Part shown: in pieces, positions 16,844 through 27,082 of the stretch
Numbering within the stretch: position 1 is the stretch's first letter
Layout: the number at the start of each line of letters is the position of its first letter
IMG/VR virus record: IMGVR_UViG_3300042502_000941
Location: 1-64,000 of that record
DNA: 64,000 nt
Strand: one strand, 5' to 3'
Origin: a virus
Translations under genes and position numbers: made by a program
The notes under the pieces: generated by a model
Databases searched by the model: none
The model's input: the letters and a program-made list of their open reading frames with translations, nothing else
Told to the model about the DNA's origin: nothing

Positions 16844-18742
16844 CTATTCTTTTATATTTTGTTCGTCCATGAAAGAATTTTTGTTTCCTTCCATCAAACT
16901 TTCTTTTTCTTGATCCAACGTTTTTAACAAATCTGTCAGCCCCTTAATAGACTCCACAGACAATGGCGATCCATTTTTATATTTGTGCGATACTGATAAA
17001 TCACTGCGTCTATTGTTTTCTAATGTGCCTAGTGGATCTTCCCCAAAAGGATATTTACTGGCATCTTTTCTACCAGTTTGATCACGTTTTTCTGATAACT
17101 TTGGGGGAGTTGATGGTTCACCACCAGCTTCAGCGCCGGTATCTTTACCACTATCATCTCCTCCTTCAGGAGCAGTGTCAGTCCCAGGCTCACTACCACC
17201 TGGTTCAGCTCCGCCACCACCGCCGCTTTCACCCTCCTTATCTTTTTTATTTAAAAAGGATAGAGCTGGATCATTGCCTTCTTCTTCAATCTGCTTAAAT
17301 CTATAATTTCCTTTAGCGTCGTCGATTAGTTGTTTTTGCAGAGTTATCATATCATGATCTGATAAACCAAAGATATTTTCATAAATCCATTTCTTAGAAA
17401 ATACTTTTTGTTCTTGCATATCTTTGCAAAGTTCCACTTTGCTCTTATATACATCGATTTTTTCTTTTTCAAATATAGTGGACGGATTAGTTAATTCCAG
17501 TGTAAAATCTACTAATGATTCGTCTCTATATCCTTGGCTATATAAATGAATAACCGCAATTTTATTCAATTCACTAACCATAATACGTTGTATACGTTCT
17601 ACTGTTCTAGCAAATCTTATGTCTTCAGCTGCTAATGTAGCTTTACCACTCAATGATTCATCATATCCCAAAAATGCTTTGGGTATCTTAAGTGCTGCCA
17701 TCATTTTATTACGAAGATACTCAATGTCATCGGTACCAGTCCACTCTAATCCAGATAAATTTTCAATACTGGTTCCACTATCACTACCACGAACAGGCAA
17801 GAAAAAGTCCTCTACCATGTTTTGTAGATTGAATCTTAAATTATAATCTCCGGTTTCTTGATCCAAATATGGTACCTTTTTCATTTGGTCCATAATACGT
17901 TGCATATGATTGTCAACTTCATTTGGTGGAATATTACCAATATCAACTTTGAAAATGCGTTTTTCAGGCGCACGCATAATACGATGAATTAACATTGCGT
18001 CTTCCATCAAACTCAATTGTTTCCAAACACGTCGGGCGCCTTCTAAAGTACTTTTTCCATATGGGAGAAAGTTACTATCGCTCAATAATCTAAAATGAGC
18101 AATTTGATAGTTCTCCAAATCCTCCATCTTGTTTCCATATGGCAAATTGACTTGAAATTTAACAAAGTTTTTATTGGTCAAATGTGCATTTTCTACACGT
18201 GTTACATAATATGTACTCAATGGTTCTACCAAATAAACACCATATTCAGGGCTAATATGAAGTCGTAGATAAAAATCACCATATTTAACCATACACCGTG
18301 ACCAACTCCATAAATTAAACTCTATGTTCAAAATATCATAGAATAGATTGTGCAAAATGTTTTTAATTTCATCGTTGGAAGATTTGATATGAATTACTTC
18401 ACCCATTTCATTTCGGGTTGTACATTCATCTGCATAAATGTCCAACGCAGATGATAGAATTGGATCCATATCCATTGTATCATAATCACGAAATAGTTCT
18501 ACACGACTGCTTTGATATGATAAATTAAAATCTCTAGTATATTGATTATACGAAGTAGTACGTAATCTATTAAACCTGTCTCTTAAACTATTACGATCTG
18601 TAGCGTACTGAATTTCATCAGTATCAATAACTTTTAGTTTTTTACCACCAATGTTGCGAACGATCACGTCGTTTGAAAACAAACGCTTCAAACGAGCGAA
18701 TAAAGACCGACTCCGTAATTCTTGAAAAGATTTATCTGACAT
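16844..18742 (-). CDS. gp20: Portal protein (T4 gp20-like)
   Basis: ALDIYADE, KQLSLMEDAMLIHRIMRAPEKRIFKVDIGN, EDFFLPVRG, DIEYLRNKMMAALKIP, EDIRFARTVERIQ. Confidence 0.96.
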   Translation of the reverse strand: MSDKSFQELRSRSLFARLKRLFSNDVIVRNIGGKKLKVIDTDEIQYATDRNSLRDRFNRLRTTSYNQYTRDFNLSYQSSRVELFRDYDTMDMDPILSSALDIYADECTTRNEMGEVIHIKSSNDEIKNILHNLFYDILNIEFNLWSWSRCMVKYGDFYLRLHISPEYGVYLVEPLSTYYVTRVENAHLTNKNFVKFQVNLPYGNKMEDLENYQIAHFRLLSDSNFLPYGKSTLEGARRVWKQLSLMEDAMLIHRIMRAPEKRIFKVDIGNIPPNEVDNHMQRIMDQMKKVPYLDQETGDYNLRFNLQNMVEDFFLPVRGSDSGTSIENLSGLEWTGTDDIEYLRNKMMAALKIPKAFLGYDESLSGKATLAAEDIRFARTVERIQRIMVSELNKIAVIHLYSQGYRDESLVDFTLELTNPSTIFEKEKIDVYKSKVELCKDMQEQKVFSKKWIYENIFGLSDHDMITLQKQLIDDAKGNYRFKQIEEEGNDPALSFLNKKDKEGESGGGGGAEPGGSEPGTDTAPEGGDDSGKDTGAEAGGEPSTPPKLSEKRDQTGRKDASKYPFGEDPLGTLENNRRSDLSVSHKYKNGSPLSVESIKGLTDLLKTLDQEKESLMEGNKNSFMDEQNIKE

Positions 18743-18768
18743 ATGATTTATCTATAATATATAAGTAT

Positions 18769-20358
18769 TTACATCAACCAAGTTAAACTTTCTTTTTTGT
18801 CATTTACCGTGAAATCCATAGTTTTATGATGATCTGGTACCGCGCTTACTTGTTTCGGAATTGAAATTTGACTTGAGACTTTTGATATTTTTGAAATGAT
18901 TGCACGGTTATAAGCTATTTGTTCATTTCTAAGCTTCAACGCTGTTTCACGTATCCACAATCCAATTCCAATTGCCATAACTAAATCGTCATTATAACCC
19001 CTCATCGCTTCTGCTTTGGGTCCGTTCCAAACGAACACATTCAGTTCTTCATATAATCTTTTAGACTTCATAATCACTTGTTTTTGTCTAAAAAATAACT
19101 CCAAATTACTTACGATTAAAGGTCTATTTTTACTAGTTGTTGTAAATCCAGGAATTAACTTTTTATCAGCTGTATTTAATTTATTAGAATATGTTTTTTC
19201 TACATCAATCACCGTCAAATCAGTTGCGCTATAAAACGTATTTTGATAGTCTCGGTCAATAATTTGTTGTAATGTAGCCCACCCTATAGTGTTATTTTCT
19301 ACCACCAATAAAGCATTGTTATATTCAGTAGCAACACTAACCAATAAGTTTCCATAATCTTTTGTAGTTAACTGACCTTTATATTCAGCTACTTGTTCCA
19401 ATGTTTCTATATCTATAACGTGGAATGCACTAAAATCACCACCGTCTCCTCTAGCACAGTCAGCTGTCAATATGTAGTTTTTACTATAATTAGGATAATC
19501 CCAGATCCATAGGTCTTGATTGTTACCTCGCTTTTCAACAGGATCTTTTAGATGTGTTTGTTTGTAAAACTCAAGAATATCTACACTTACAACTTGATTA
19601 CCAGATGTACTAAAGTCGCAATCACATTCTTGTGCTGCACCTTTTACTCCTGACAACTCAGTTTGTTTATCTCTCCACGTTTGATCTCTTTCTGGGTGTA
19701 AATGCCAAGGTAATCTAATTGTTTTAAAATTATTCTTGCCTTCTTCAGATTCAACCCAAATTTTATGGAAGAAATTGCCAACACCGTTTGGCGTACTTAG
19801 TATAATAGCTCTACCACCAGTAGACAGTGTATATTGAGAAGACAGCCAAATTTCTTCAATACCATCGATAAATGCGGCTTCGTCGATAATTAGTAAAGAT
19901 AGTGCTGATGAACGACCTGCTGTGCCGGCGGATGAAACTGCTTTGATTTGTGAACCATTTTTTAATCGTAATGACAATCTATTATCTTCTACACAAGGAA
20001 CTTTTAACCAACTTGGAAGGTTATCGTTTGCAAATCTTACCTTAGTGACAATTTCTTTCGCTGTTTCTTGCGTAATACTAATACAAAGAATGTTCTTATC
20101 ATTATGAAATGTCATTAACCACAAACTATAAGCGGCTGTAAGGGTACTGATACCCATCTGACGACTCTTAAGAACAATGTTTAATTGATTATCAACAAAG
20201 TTTTGTAAAGCATCTTCTTGAAATGGATATAGTTCAAATGCAACCGTGCCTCTAATAGGATGTTGAATCTTAACATACTTCTTCATAAAGTATATAGGAT
20301 CCTCTATACACTTCTTATACTCTTGTTTTATTATTTCTCTGAGATTTGGCTGACTCAT
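18769..20358 (-). CDS. gp17: Terminase large subunit (T4 gp17-like)
   Basis: Walker A KSRQMGIST, Walker B LLIIDEAAF, STPNG, nuclease motifs LTADCARG and NDDLVMA; no intein evident. Confidence 0.96.
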   Translation of the reverse strand: MSQPNLREIIKQEYKKCIEDPIYFMKKYVKIQHPIRGTVAFELYPFQEDALQNFVDNQLNIVLKSRQMGISTLTAAYSLWLMTFHNDKNILCISITQETAKEIVTKVRFANDNLPSWLKVPCVEDNRLSLRLKNGSQIKAVSSAGTAGRSSALSLLIIDEAAFIDGIEEIWLSSQYTLSTGGRAIILSTPNGVGNFFHKIWVESEEGKNNFKTIRLPWHLHPERDQTWRDKQTELSGVKGAAQECDCDFSTSGNQVVSVDILEFYKQTHLKDPVEKRGNNQDLWIWDYPNYSKNYILTADCARGDGGDFSAFHVIDIETLEQVAEYKGQLTTKDYGNLLVSVATEYNNALLVVENNTIGWATLQQIIDRDYQNTFYSATDLTVIDVEKTYSNKLNTADKKLIPGFTTTSKNRPLIVSNLELFFRQKQVIMKSKRLYEELNVFVWNGPKAEAMRGYNDDLVMAIGIGLWIRETALKLRNEQIAYNRAIISKISKVSSQISIPKQVSAVPDHHKTMDFTVNDKKESLTWLM

Positions 20359-20962
20359 ATTTTTCTTCGTATTCTTTTATCTTAGGGGTCAGTTCATCTA
20401 ATCGTATATCAATAACCCCTATATCTTTAATTAAATCTTCAAATATTTTATTGTAATCTATATTGCCATCCCATTTTTCAAATGATCCATCTTCTTCAAG
20501 AAATGTAACATCTTTATCTTTATTTTCTTCACAGAACTTTTTACTTTCTTCAAACTTTTTCTTATAATCTTCTAAAATACTACGTTCATTTTTTAAATCC
20601 TGCAGTTCATTATAGACATCAAACATACCCATCAATTTTAACTCAGTTTGAAAATTAATAAAACAGTCGTAACAATATCCAGTTTTAGGCCAAACTCGGT
20701 CGTCCAAATAATTGCCCCATCGAACATCCATATTACACGTTTTACAACGTTTTTCATTAATAATCGTGGCACGTTTTGAAACTCTGCGTTTACTATTATT
20801 CTTCCAAACCCATTTGTGTCCTTGACTATCCTCCCATTCTTCACCTTCTTTGCGTTTATTGTTCTCCAAATTGGCATCGTAGCCAACTTGTACGAATGGA
20901 CGATTGCCTTCTAGGTAATCTTTAACGATGCCTAGATTACTTTTACCTGATGCTTTCTTCAT
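20315..20962 (-). CDS. Hypothetical protein with two CxxC pairs (possible Zn finger)
   Basis: CKTC...CYDC; overlaps the terminase start. Confidence 0.7.
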   Translation of the reverse strand: MKKASGKSNLGIVKDYLEGNRPFVQVGYDANLENNKRKEGEEWEDSQGHKWVWKNNSKRRVSKRATIINEKRCKTCNMDVRWGNYLDDRVWPKTGYCYDCFINFQTELKLMGMFDVYNELQDLKNERSILEDYKKKFEESKKFCEENKDKDVTFLEEDGSFEKWDGNIDYNKIFEDLIKDIGVIDIRLDELTPKIKEYEEKYESAKSQRNNKTRV

Positions 20963-20980
20963 AACAAATACGTATTTAAT

Positions 20981-22015
20981 TTATTTCTTAAACTTACTTC
21001 CAAGACCTTTTATAATAAAACTTCCTGTAATTTTAAATGGATCACTGTAAATACTTGAATCTCTCACAACTATACCTTCGTGTTTTTCTAAATCGCCAAT
21101 TTCACTGGTAGCATTTTTTAATATTTCGTCTCCCAATTTAATTGTGGTTAAATAAACAATAGTATCATTAACTATTTTATTTACATCTTGACCGGCAAAA
21201 TCTTGACTGATATTTTTACTATCAACCGATTTTAAAAATTGTTCACGGGTAATCAGTGGCGTTTTAAACTGTAATCCTTTTAACCAGTCTTTCAAAGACT
21301 TAGTTACAGCTTCACCTGTGGGATACAACGTAACTGATTGCGTCAAAACACTCGCTAGGTTTGGTTTTGATTTGAAAGTAGTATCAACACTACCCAATAC
21401 CTTAAAACCACTCTTCATAGCAACCACATTTAATTTGTTTATATAAGATTGCATAGCTGTTTTATCATACGGTATTTCAACAGCTTCTCTTGATTTAACA
21501 CTTCCATCTTTACCAAAAGTTTTTGGCTTAATTTCTTTTAACCCGTGAATAGCTAAAAAGTTTCCAATTTCTCCATATCCAAGTACATTTGTTTGACCCT
21601 CTACATATTCAATGTTGAATAGTATATTAGGATTATCTAATAAACCCAATGTCTTTAACTCAGTTTGTGTAGATGAAATTGCTGCGTCGAATATATTAAT
21701 AACTTTAGCCCCTATATTGACAAATCCATGACCAGCTCCAAATCTTGTTTGTAAGTCCTCAGGTCGCATTCCTTTAATATCAAGCGGTTTTGCTGATCCA
21801 CGATCCATTACAAATTGACCGTTTACCATACGAATACTTGCATTAACACCGTCAATCTTTACACTGCCAGCTCCTTGTTTTAAAGATTTAACTGATTTTG
21901 CAAATACATCTACCAATTTAGCGCCTGTATCGGCAAAATCAAATGGGTGTGCCATATGTCCACCAACACCGCCTTCACTAATTACTTCGTTTAATATATT
22001 ATTTAGTCTTATCAT
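20981..22015 (-). CDS. Putative ATP-dependent RNA/DNA ligase-like nucleotidyltransferase
   Basis: Motif I KIDGVN (K53), motif III-like LFNIEYV, motif IV EGIVVR and motif V-like FKITG in the expected order. Confidence 0.55.
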   Translation of the reverse strand: MIRLNNILNEVISEGGVGGHMAHPFDFADTGAKLVDVFAKSVKSLKQGAGSVKIDGVNASIRMVNGQFVMDRGSAKPLDIKGMRPEDLQTRFGAGHGFVNIGAKVINIFDAAISSTQTELKTLGLLDNPNILFNIEYVEGQTNVLGYGEIGNFLAIHGLKEIKPKTFGKDGSVKSREAVEIPYDKTAMQSYINKLNVVAMKSGFKVLGSVDTTFKSKPNLASVLTQSVTLYPTGEAVTKSLKDWLKGLQFKTPLITREQFLKSVDSKNISQDFAGQDVNKIVNDTIVYLTTIKLGDEILKNATSEIGDLEKHEGIVVRDSSIYSDPFKITGSFIIKGLGSKFKK

Positions 22016-22772
22016 ATGGTTTTAAAAATGTTTTATCAAATACAGGAATTGCTTTTTTGTAAGAACTCTTTGTTTCATCAAGAGCATTATCTGTAAATTG
22101 CCAATTCCAAAATAATTCATTTGGCGTTTTGAATCCAAAAAATTGTAATACTTCTTTTTGTGTTTGAGTAACATCTTTTCCATTCCAATTTTGACCAGTA
22201 GCAATAAATCCTGAATCTATATCTTTTACTATATTACTTTCACCCAAAGTAGAATGTCTGTTCTCAATCCACGTCAATCTCTCAATTAATTTCTGATAAA
22301 AACCGTTGGCTTGTCCCCATCTCACACTAGCAAAAAATAAAACGACATCACTTTCAAATAATTCTTTACTTATTTTCCATAATTCATCACTTTTATTATT
22401 TATACTAGCCCAGCAACGATGATCACCTGTAGGATTTTTCTCTTTATCTTTTAATGAAGAATCTTTTGTTCCACAATGATTTCCCCATTTAGATGATACG
22501 TTACCCTCACACGGAAATATGTTTAACTTGGTTGTATCAATCAAAGTTACTTTTTCTTTACCAAGTAATTCTTGTATTTTAAATGCAAGTTGTGTACTTT
22601 TAGCAATATCATCTTTATGTCCACTCCATCTATTACTAGTAGTTAATAATAGTACTTTGTTTTTGGTACGTAAATAATCTATTGTTTTTTTGTATTTACG
22701 AGCATAAAGATCCATATCTTGCTCGCTCTGAGGAAGTTTGGCTTCTAATAATAAATCGGTTAAACTGATCAT
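21999..22772 (-). CDS. Flavodoxin-fold NAD(P)H-dependent FMN reductase / iron-sulfur flavoprotein-like protein
   Basis: KVLLLTTSNR...ST.LA, LNIFPCEG...HCG...RCW, ELFESDVVLFFASVRWG...QKLIERL. Confidence 0.75.
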   Translation of the reverse strand: MISLTDLLLEAKLPQSEQDMDLYARKYKKTIDYLRTKNKVLLLTTSNRWSGHKDDIAKSTQLAFKIQELLGKEKVTLIDTTKLNIFPCEGNVSSKWGNHCGTKDSSLKDKEKNPTGDHRCWASINNKSDELWKISKELFESDVVLFFASVRWGQANGFYQKLIERLTWIENRHSTLGESNIVKDIDSGFIATGQNWNGKDVTQTQKEVLQFFGFKTPNELFWNWQFTDNALDETKSSYKKAIPVFDKTFLKPYDKTK

Positions 22773-23059
22773 TTTGCTAATTGGTCTAGTTTAGATTGCA
22801 TAGTCATACCACGTATAACTTCAGGCGTACCACCATTATCTCTATTAAAATAACGCTTATAATTACTTAATGCTACATCCAATTTAGCTTTATCAATAGT
22901 CCCTTCAGATAACATTTTTTTTACCATTTCCAAATTATTAACCACTAATACATTGGTATCAGTGATAACTCTGTCGATTAATATTAATAGGGATGGATCA
23001 ATTGATTCTTTAACTTGTGGTTTGGTTAAATCTTCAATGATTTTAGTCAGTCGTATCAT
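22769..23059 (-). CDS. Small hypothetical protein
   Basis: 96 aa, N-terminus MIRLTKIIE; TATTTATA (23064-23071) lies 4 nt upstream; overlaps the start of the next gene. Confidence 0.7.
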   Translation of the reverse strand: MIRLTKIIEDLTKPQVKESIDPSLLILIDRVITDTNVLVVNNLEMVKKMLSEGTIDKAKLDVALSNYKRYFNRDNGGTPEVIRGMTMQSKLDQLAK

Positions 23060-23084
23060 AATATATAAATATACCCATCAAATA

Positions 23085-23113
23085 AAAAACCCCGCTTATT
23101 TCTAAGCGGGGTT
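23085..23113 (-). terminator. Intrinsic terminator after the tail sheath gene
   Basis: aaccccgctta-tttc-taagcggggtt hairpin followed by a U tract on the - strand. Confidence 0.85.
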
Positions 23114-23134
23114 CGTTATTATATTTACTTTAGA

Positions 23135-26100
23135 TTAGGAACTAAAACTAGCACCTGTTGGTAGAATGTTGAAATCAAGAATAATGAATTCAGCAGTTCT
23201 AGTTGGTTGGATGAAGATTTGTCCGTAAAGAACATTACGATCAATCAAGTCAGGAGTATTGTTTTCATCGTCCATTTTGACTTGGAATGCGTAGATACCG
23301 TTACGTTGTTGTACTGATTCCAAGTATGGAGTTACAATACTCAAGAAACGATTTCTTGTAGAAGCAACGTTTTGTTCGAATACCAAGTAGTTGCTTGAAC
23401 TTGCGATAAACTTCTTCAAGTTGATCAACAAACGACGTACATTGATACGATCCAAAGCGCTTGGGGCGATTTGTAGAGTCTTTTGACCCCATACACAGAT
23501 ACCTTGACCGGGGAATGCTGCGATTGGATTTACACGACCTTCGTACAACGTATCACGTTCACCGTGGGTTACACGATCAAGTACTTGTACAGCGGTTGCA
23601 ATACCACCACGGTTTAGACCTGCTGGAGCGTACCATTCAGCAGCGGAGTTATCGTTAGCAGCGTAAACTGCTGGTAATACCACTGAAGGAGGAACATTGA
23701 TAATCTTGTTGGTGTTAGTATCTAGGATCTTAACCCAAGGATAATAAGTACCTACATAATTACTGTCGATTGTGGCTACACTGTTGATAGCTGCATCAAT
23801 CAATCCTACGGTTTGATTGCTTGCTGGGAACACTACGTTATCCATAATGTAGAAACAATCTTGACGAGTTTCACACATATCGATAACCAATTCAGTTACA
23901 TAACTGTGTTGTTCACGGAATATACCTGGGGTTACAATCAAGTTGATATCAAATTCATCTGGATTACCGATTGCAGCAATAGATTGCTTATAAGCGATAC
24001 TACCAGGACTATTGATATTTGTACAATCTAAACCTTGTGTATTACCAGCTGTAATATTACCACCCACATTGATTGGAATTGCTGGCCATTGACCTTCAAA
24101 TCCGCCTTGGAATCCAAGTACGAACTTACGTAGTCTGACATATGTAGATTCATTTACAGCGTCGTAAACACTTGGAATACTACCACTCAATGTTGGAGAT
24201 AGTAATGATCCTGTACTCACGTATGTACCCTGAGCATAGAATTTACTATTTGTTGTACCCCATACCTTATCTTCTAAATCGAAGTCGATATTTGCACCAT
24301 TACTATCAGTTGATCCATAGTATGGCAATGGCTTGAAGTATTGCTTAGTGTTATTTTCTACACCTACACCAAATGAAGATGTTGGATATAGAGCTTGAAT
24401 TTCAGTGTCAGTACCTGGTACACTACCAAATACTGTACCTGATGGATACTTACCAGGCCCTAGACCGTAGATACTTGCCTTACTGTATTGTATAGCAGGT
24501 ACATAACTACTTGCAGTACTATCAATAGGTGTACTATATGATTCAAATCCGTATGGTACGCAACTTACTGGGTAAGAAACGTCACTGGCTTCAATTCTGA
24601 TATACTTACTTAATGTGGTAAAATCACCGAATTGAATTATTTTACCAGCATAAGTGATATATGCATATCTGTTACCAATTCTACGAGCAACATAGTTTGC
24701 GGATTCTGGATCCAAATTCAAGTTTTGATAGATTTCCAAATACTTTGGCTTCTTATCAGTATCACTATAAGCACGTACTGATAGTGTGAAACTACCCCAT
24801 TCACTGCCTGGGACAGTACCAGACAACTTAACGTTGCTGATTTCAATCTTGAACTTAGTGTTACTTGGTGTGCCATCGCTCAAAGTGTGAACTTTGAACA
24901 ACTTGAACTTAGTTGGTGAAGCGGCTACATCAGCACTACCTTTGAATGGAGCAATCTTTTGACTGTAGATCCAAGGGGTAGAAGCATTGGTGATGCTAAA
25001 TTGACTATCGCCGTTATTCAAATCAGTACTATATTGATCGACAAACTTTAGAGGTTCGCCAACAATTGAACTTCCTGATAGATTGCTTGTGCCTACTTGT
25101 AGTTTCCATCCATAAGCACTTGTCTTTTCAGCTACGAACTTCTTGATGCTATCTTCGAATAGAACGTAGTTGTAAGCAGCTTCAACTTTTTGACCAGCCA
25201 CTTGTTTATTAGGATTGCCAACGGTTGGATCCATACCAAATACGTCTTTGATATAGTTATTATCGTTTTCATTTAAACTGAAGTCGTAGTAACCATATGT
25301 ACCAGCACTTGTGCCACCAGCTGTATTTGTATAACTATACTTTAATGCCAAGTTGTAAACATTTGCATTAGGGTCGATTACATTCTTATATGGGAATGTA
25401 CTACTTGTCAATTGGCTCAATGTTGAGGTATTGAATCCGTATACTTCATAATCATTGCTAAATTGTGTAGAAGCATTTTGGGTATTTGCTAATACTGACA
25501 AGATCAACTTTTGACGACCTGTTAGTACTGGATTACATTGATCTGGGCTTGCATTGTCTTGACTTGTAAATGCGCCACTATACTTACCGAAGTCACCACT
25601 TATCACACCTATTACTTGTAGACCGGCTACACAACTTCCAACACCACGTAGTGAATGGAAACTACCACTTTGTAGTGTTAGTGTTGTGCCTGCTTCTACA
25701 TTGAAGTTTGATAAATTGTAAGCGATATTACCATTGAAGTAAGATGAACTTACTAGATCAACGGTTGTTGTACTTTCATCAAATGCTGTGGCCACGGATG
25801 TTTCGGCATCTATATTTGCGCCTTGTAAACTTGATGTCAACAAGAAGAATTTAGTACCAACTGGCTTTGCATTACCATTTGCTAGAGTAGCGGTACTAAA
25901 TTTACGTACTAATAACCCAGAAGAAACTGTACCGATATCAACTGTTTTATTAGCGTACAAGATACTACCACTTAACTTACCTACACCGTCAGCGTCATCT
26001 GCAGTTACACCACTTGTTACAGCTGCGGATCCGAATTTTACATTCAACGATCCACTGATTGTCATCGTCGAAATATCAATGCGTTGTACCAATTGAATTG

Positions 26101-27049
26101 AAGAACTCAATCCAGCACCACTCAAACTCGCAGTTGTAAATGATAATGATGAATTTGCACCGTAGTTAGCAAAAACCAAACCAAATGTATTTGGAGCAGT
26201 AAATGATGCGGTTAAGTAATTATTGTTTGAACTATCAAATGTTAGTTTGAACTTACTTGAACCACCACCTCCGACAGTAACACTACCACTTATACGCGAT
26301 TTATCAAAATCAAATGCGGCCAAAGAATGATCTACTGAAGATCCCGCTTTTGCAACTTTACCGTTTCTGGCAACAACAGAGCTGCTAAACAATTCATAAT
26401 GTCTTGTGGAAACAACTTTGTATACTTTACCCAAACTGGATGAAGTTGCCAAAGAAGCTGAAAGTGCATTGATTCCAGTAACACTTCCGACTGTAGCTAA
26501 ATATGATGAAATTTCAGCAGTTGTTGCTCTCGTAAATGTAGCTGATCCTGTTATACCACTGCCTACTGAACCCTTAATTTCAGCCGAACCAGTGATGTTA
26601 ACAGCGGTACTAGTTTGTTGATAATTAACGTTTGATACATAGTCAGTAGTATCAATATACATAAATGAAGCTGTTGTGATAGCTCCTTTATCAGCGTTTC
26701 TGTCCCAGATACCTGGTTGGGCATATACAATCAATGGATTCTTTTGCCAGTAACCGGTTAGACCACCTACACGAACAATAGTAACTATACCTTGTTGTAG
26801 TAGATATTCTTTCGCTGTGTATGGTCCATAATACACACCATCAGCGACACCGAATCTTGTTTCCAAGTCGGATACGCTGGTTATTGTATTTGGAAAAAAC
26901 GCTGGTCCGTCAGCGAATGGAGCAATAATTGCTCCTCCAATGTTTGCTACTCCTTGAGCCAGACCGGAGAGGTCATTTTCACGTGTGAATACACCTGGGC
27001 TTACTATATTTTGTGTTGGGGCGAATCTTCCGCCTTCTGTTATTGGCAT
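23135..27049 (-). CDS. gp18: Contractile tail sheath protein (T4 gp18-like), enlarged
   Basis: VSPGVFTRENDLS N-terminus; YYPWVKI, VPPS, EWYAPAGLNRG, WGQKTLQ, ALDRINVRRLL, FIQPTRTAEFIILDF C-terminus; 1304 aa. Confidence 0.96.
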   Translation of the reverse strand: MPITEGGRFAPTQNIVSPGVFTRENDLSGLAQGVANIGGAIIAPFADGPAFFPNTITSVSDLETRFGVADGVYYGPYTAKEYLLQQGIVTIVRVGGLTGYWQKNPLIVYAQPGIWDRNADKGAITTASFMYIDTTDYVSNVNYQQTSTAVNITGSAEIKGSVGSGITGSATFTRATTAEISSYLATVGSVTGINALSASLATSSSLGKVYKVVSTRHYELFSSSVVARNGKVAKAGSSVDHSLAAFDFDKSRISGSVTVGGGGSSKFKLTFDSSNNNYLTASFTAPNTFGLVFANYGANSSLSFTTASLSGAGLSSSIQLVQRIDISTMTISGSLNVKFGSAAVTSGVTADDADGVGKLSGSILYANKTVDIGTVSSGLLVRKFSTATLANGNAKPVGTKFFLLTSSLQGANIDAETSVATAFDESTTTVDLVSSSYFNGNIAYNLSNFNVEAGTTLTLQSGSFHSLRGVGSCVAGLQVIGVISGDFGKYSGAFTSQDNASPDQCNPVLTGRQKLILSVLANTQNASTQFSNDYEVYGFNTSTLSQLTSSTFPYKNVIDPNANVYNLALKYSYTNTAGGTSAGTYGYYDFSLNENDNNYIKDVFGMDPTVGNPNKQVAGQKVEAAYNYVLFEDSIKKFVAEKTSAYGWKLQVGTSNLSGSSIVGEPLKFVDQYSTDLNNGDSQFSITNASTPWIYSQKIAPFKGSADVAASPTKFKLFKVHTLSDGTPSNTKFKIEISNVKLSGTVPGSEWGSFTLSVRAYSDTDKKPKYLEIYQNLNLDPESANYVARRIGNRYAYITYAGKIIQFGDFTTLSKYIRIEASDVSYPVSCVPYGFESYSTPIDSTASSYVPAIQYSKASIYGLGPGKYPSGTVFGSVPGTDTEIQALYPTSSFGVGVENNTKQYFKPLPYYGSTDSNGANIDFDLEDKVWGTTNSKFYAQGTYVSTGSLLSPTLSGSIPSVYDAVNESTYVRLRKFVLGFQGGFEGQWPAIPINVGGNITAGNTQGLDCTNINSPGSIAYKQSIAAIGNPDEFDINLIVTPGIFREQHSYVTELVIDMCETRQDCFYIMDNVVFPASNQTVGLIDAAINSVATIDSNYVGTYYPWVKILDTNTNKIINVPPSVVLPAVYAANDNSAAEWYAPAGLNRGGIATAVQVLDRVTHGERDTLYEGRVNPIAAFPGQGICVWGQKTLQIAPSALDRINVRRLLINLKKFIASSSNYLVFEQNVASTRNRFLSIVTPYLESVQQRNGIYAFQVKMDDENNTPDLIDRNVLYGQIFIQPTRTAEFIILDFNILPTGASFSS

Positions 27050-27082
27050 AATATTAATATCCTTTCGAAGTTATATTTAATT

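Noticed and set aside
9723-27049. Inteins, introns or homing endonucleases in capsid, portal, terminase or sheath
   Set aside because: No splicing motifs, LAGLIDADG/HNH/GIY-YIG signatures or frame breaks were seen; the extra length is S/T-rich insertion sequence.
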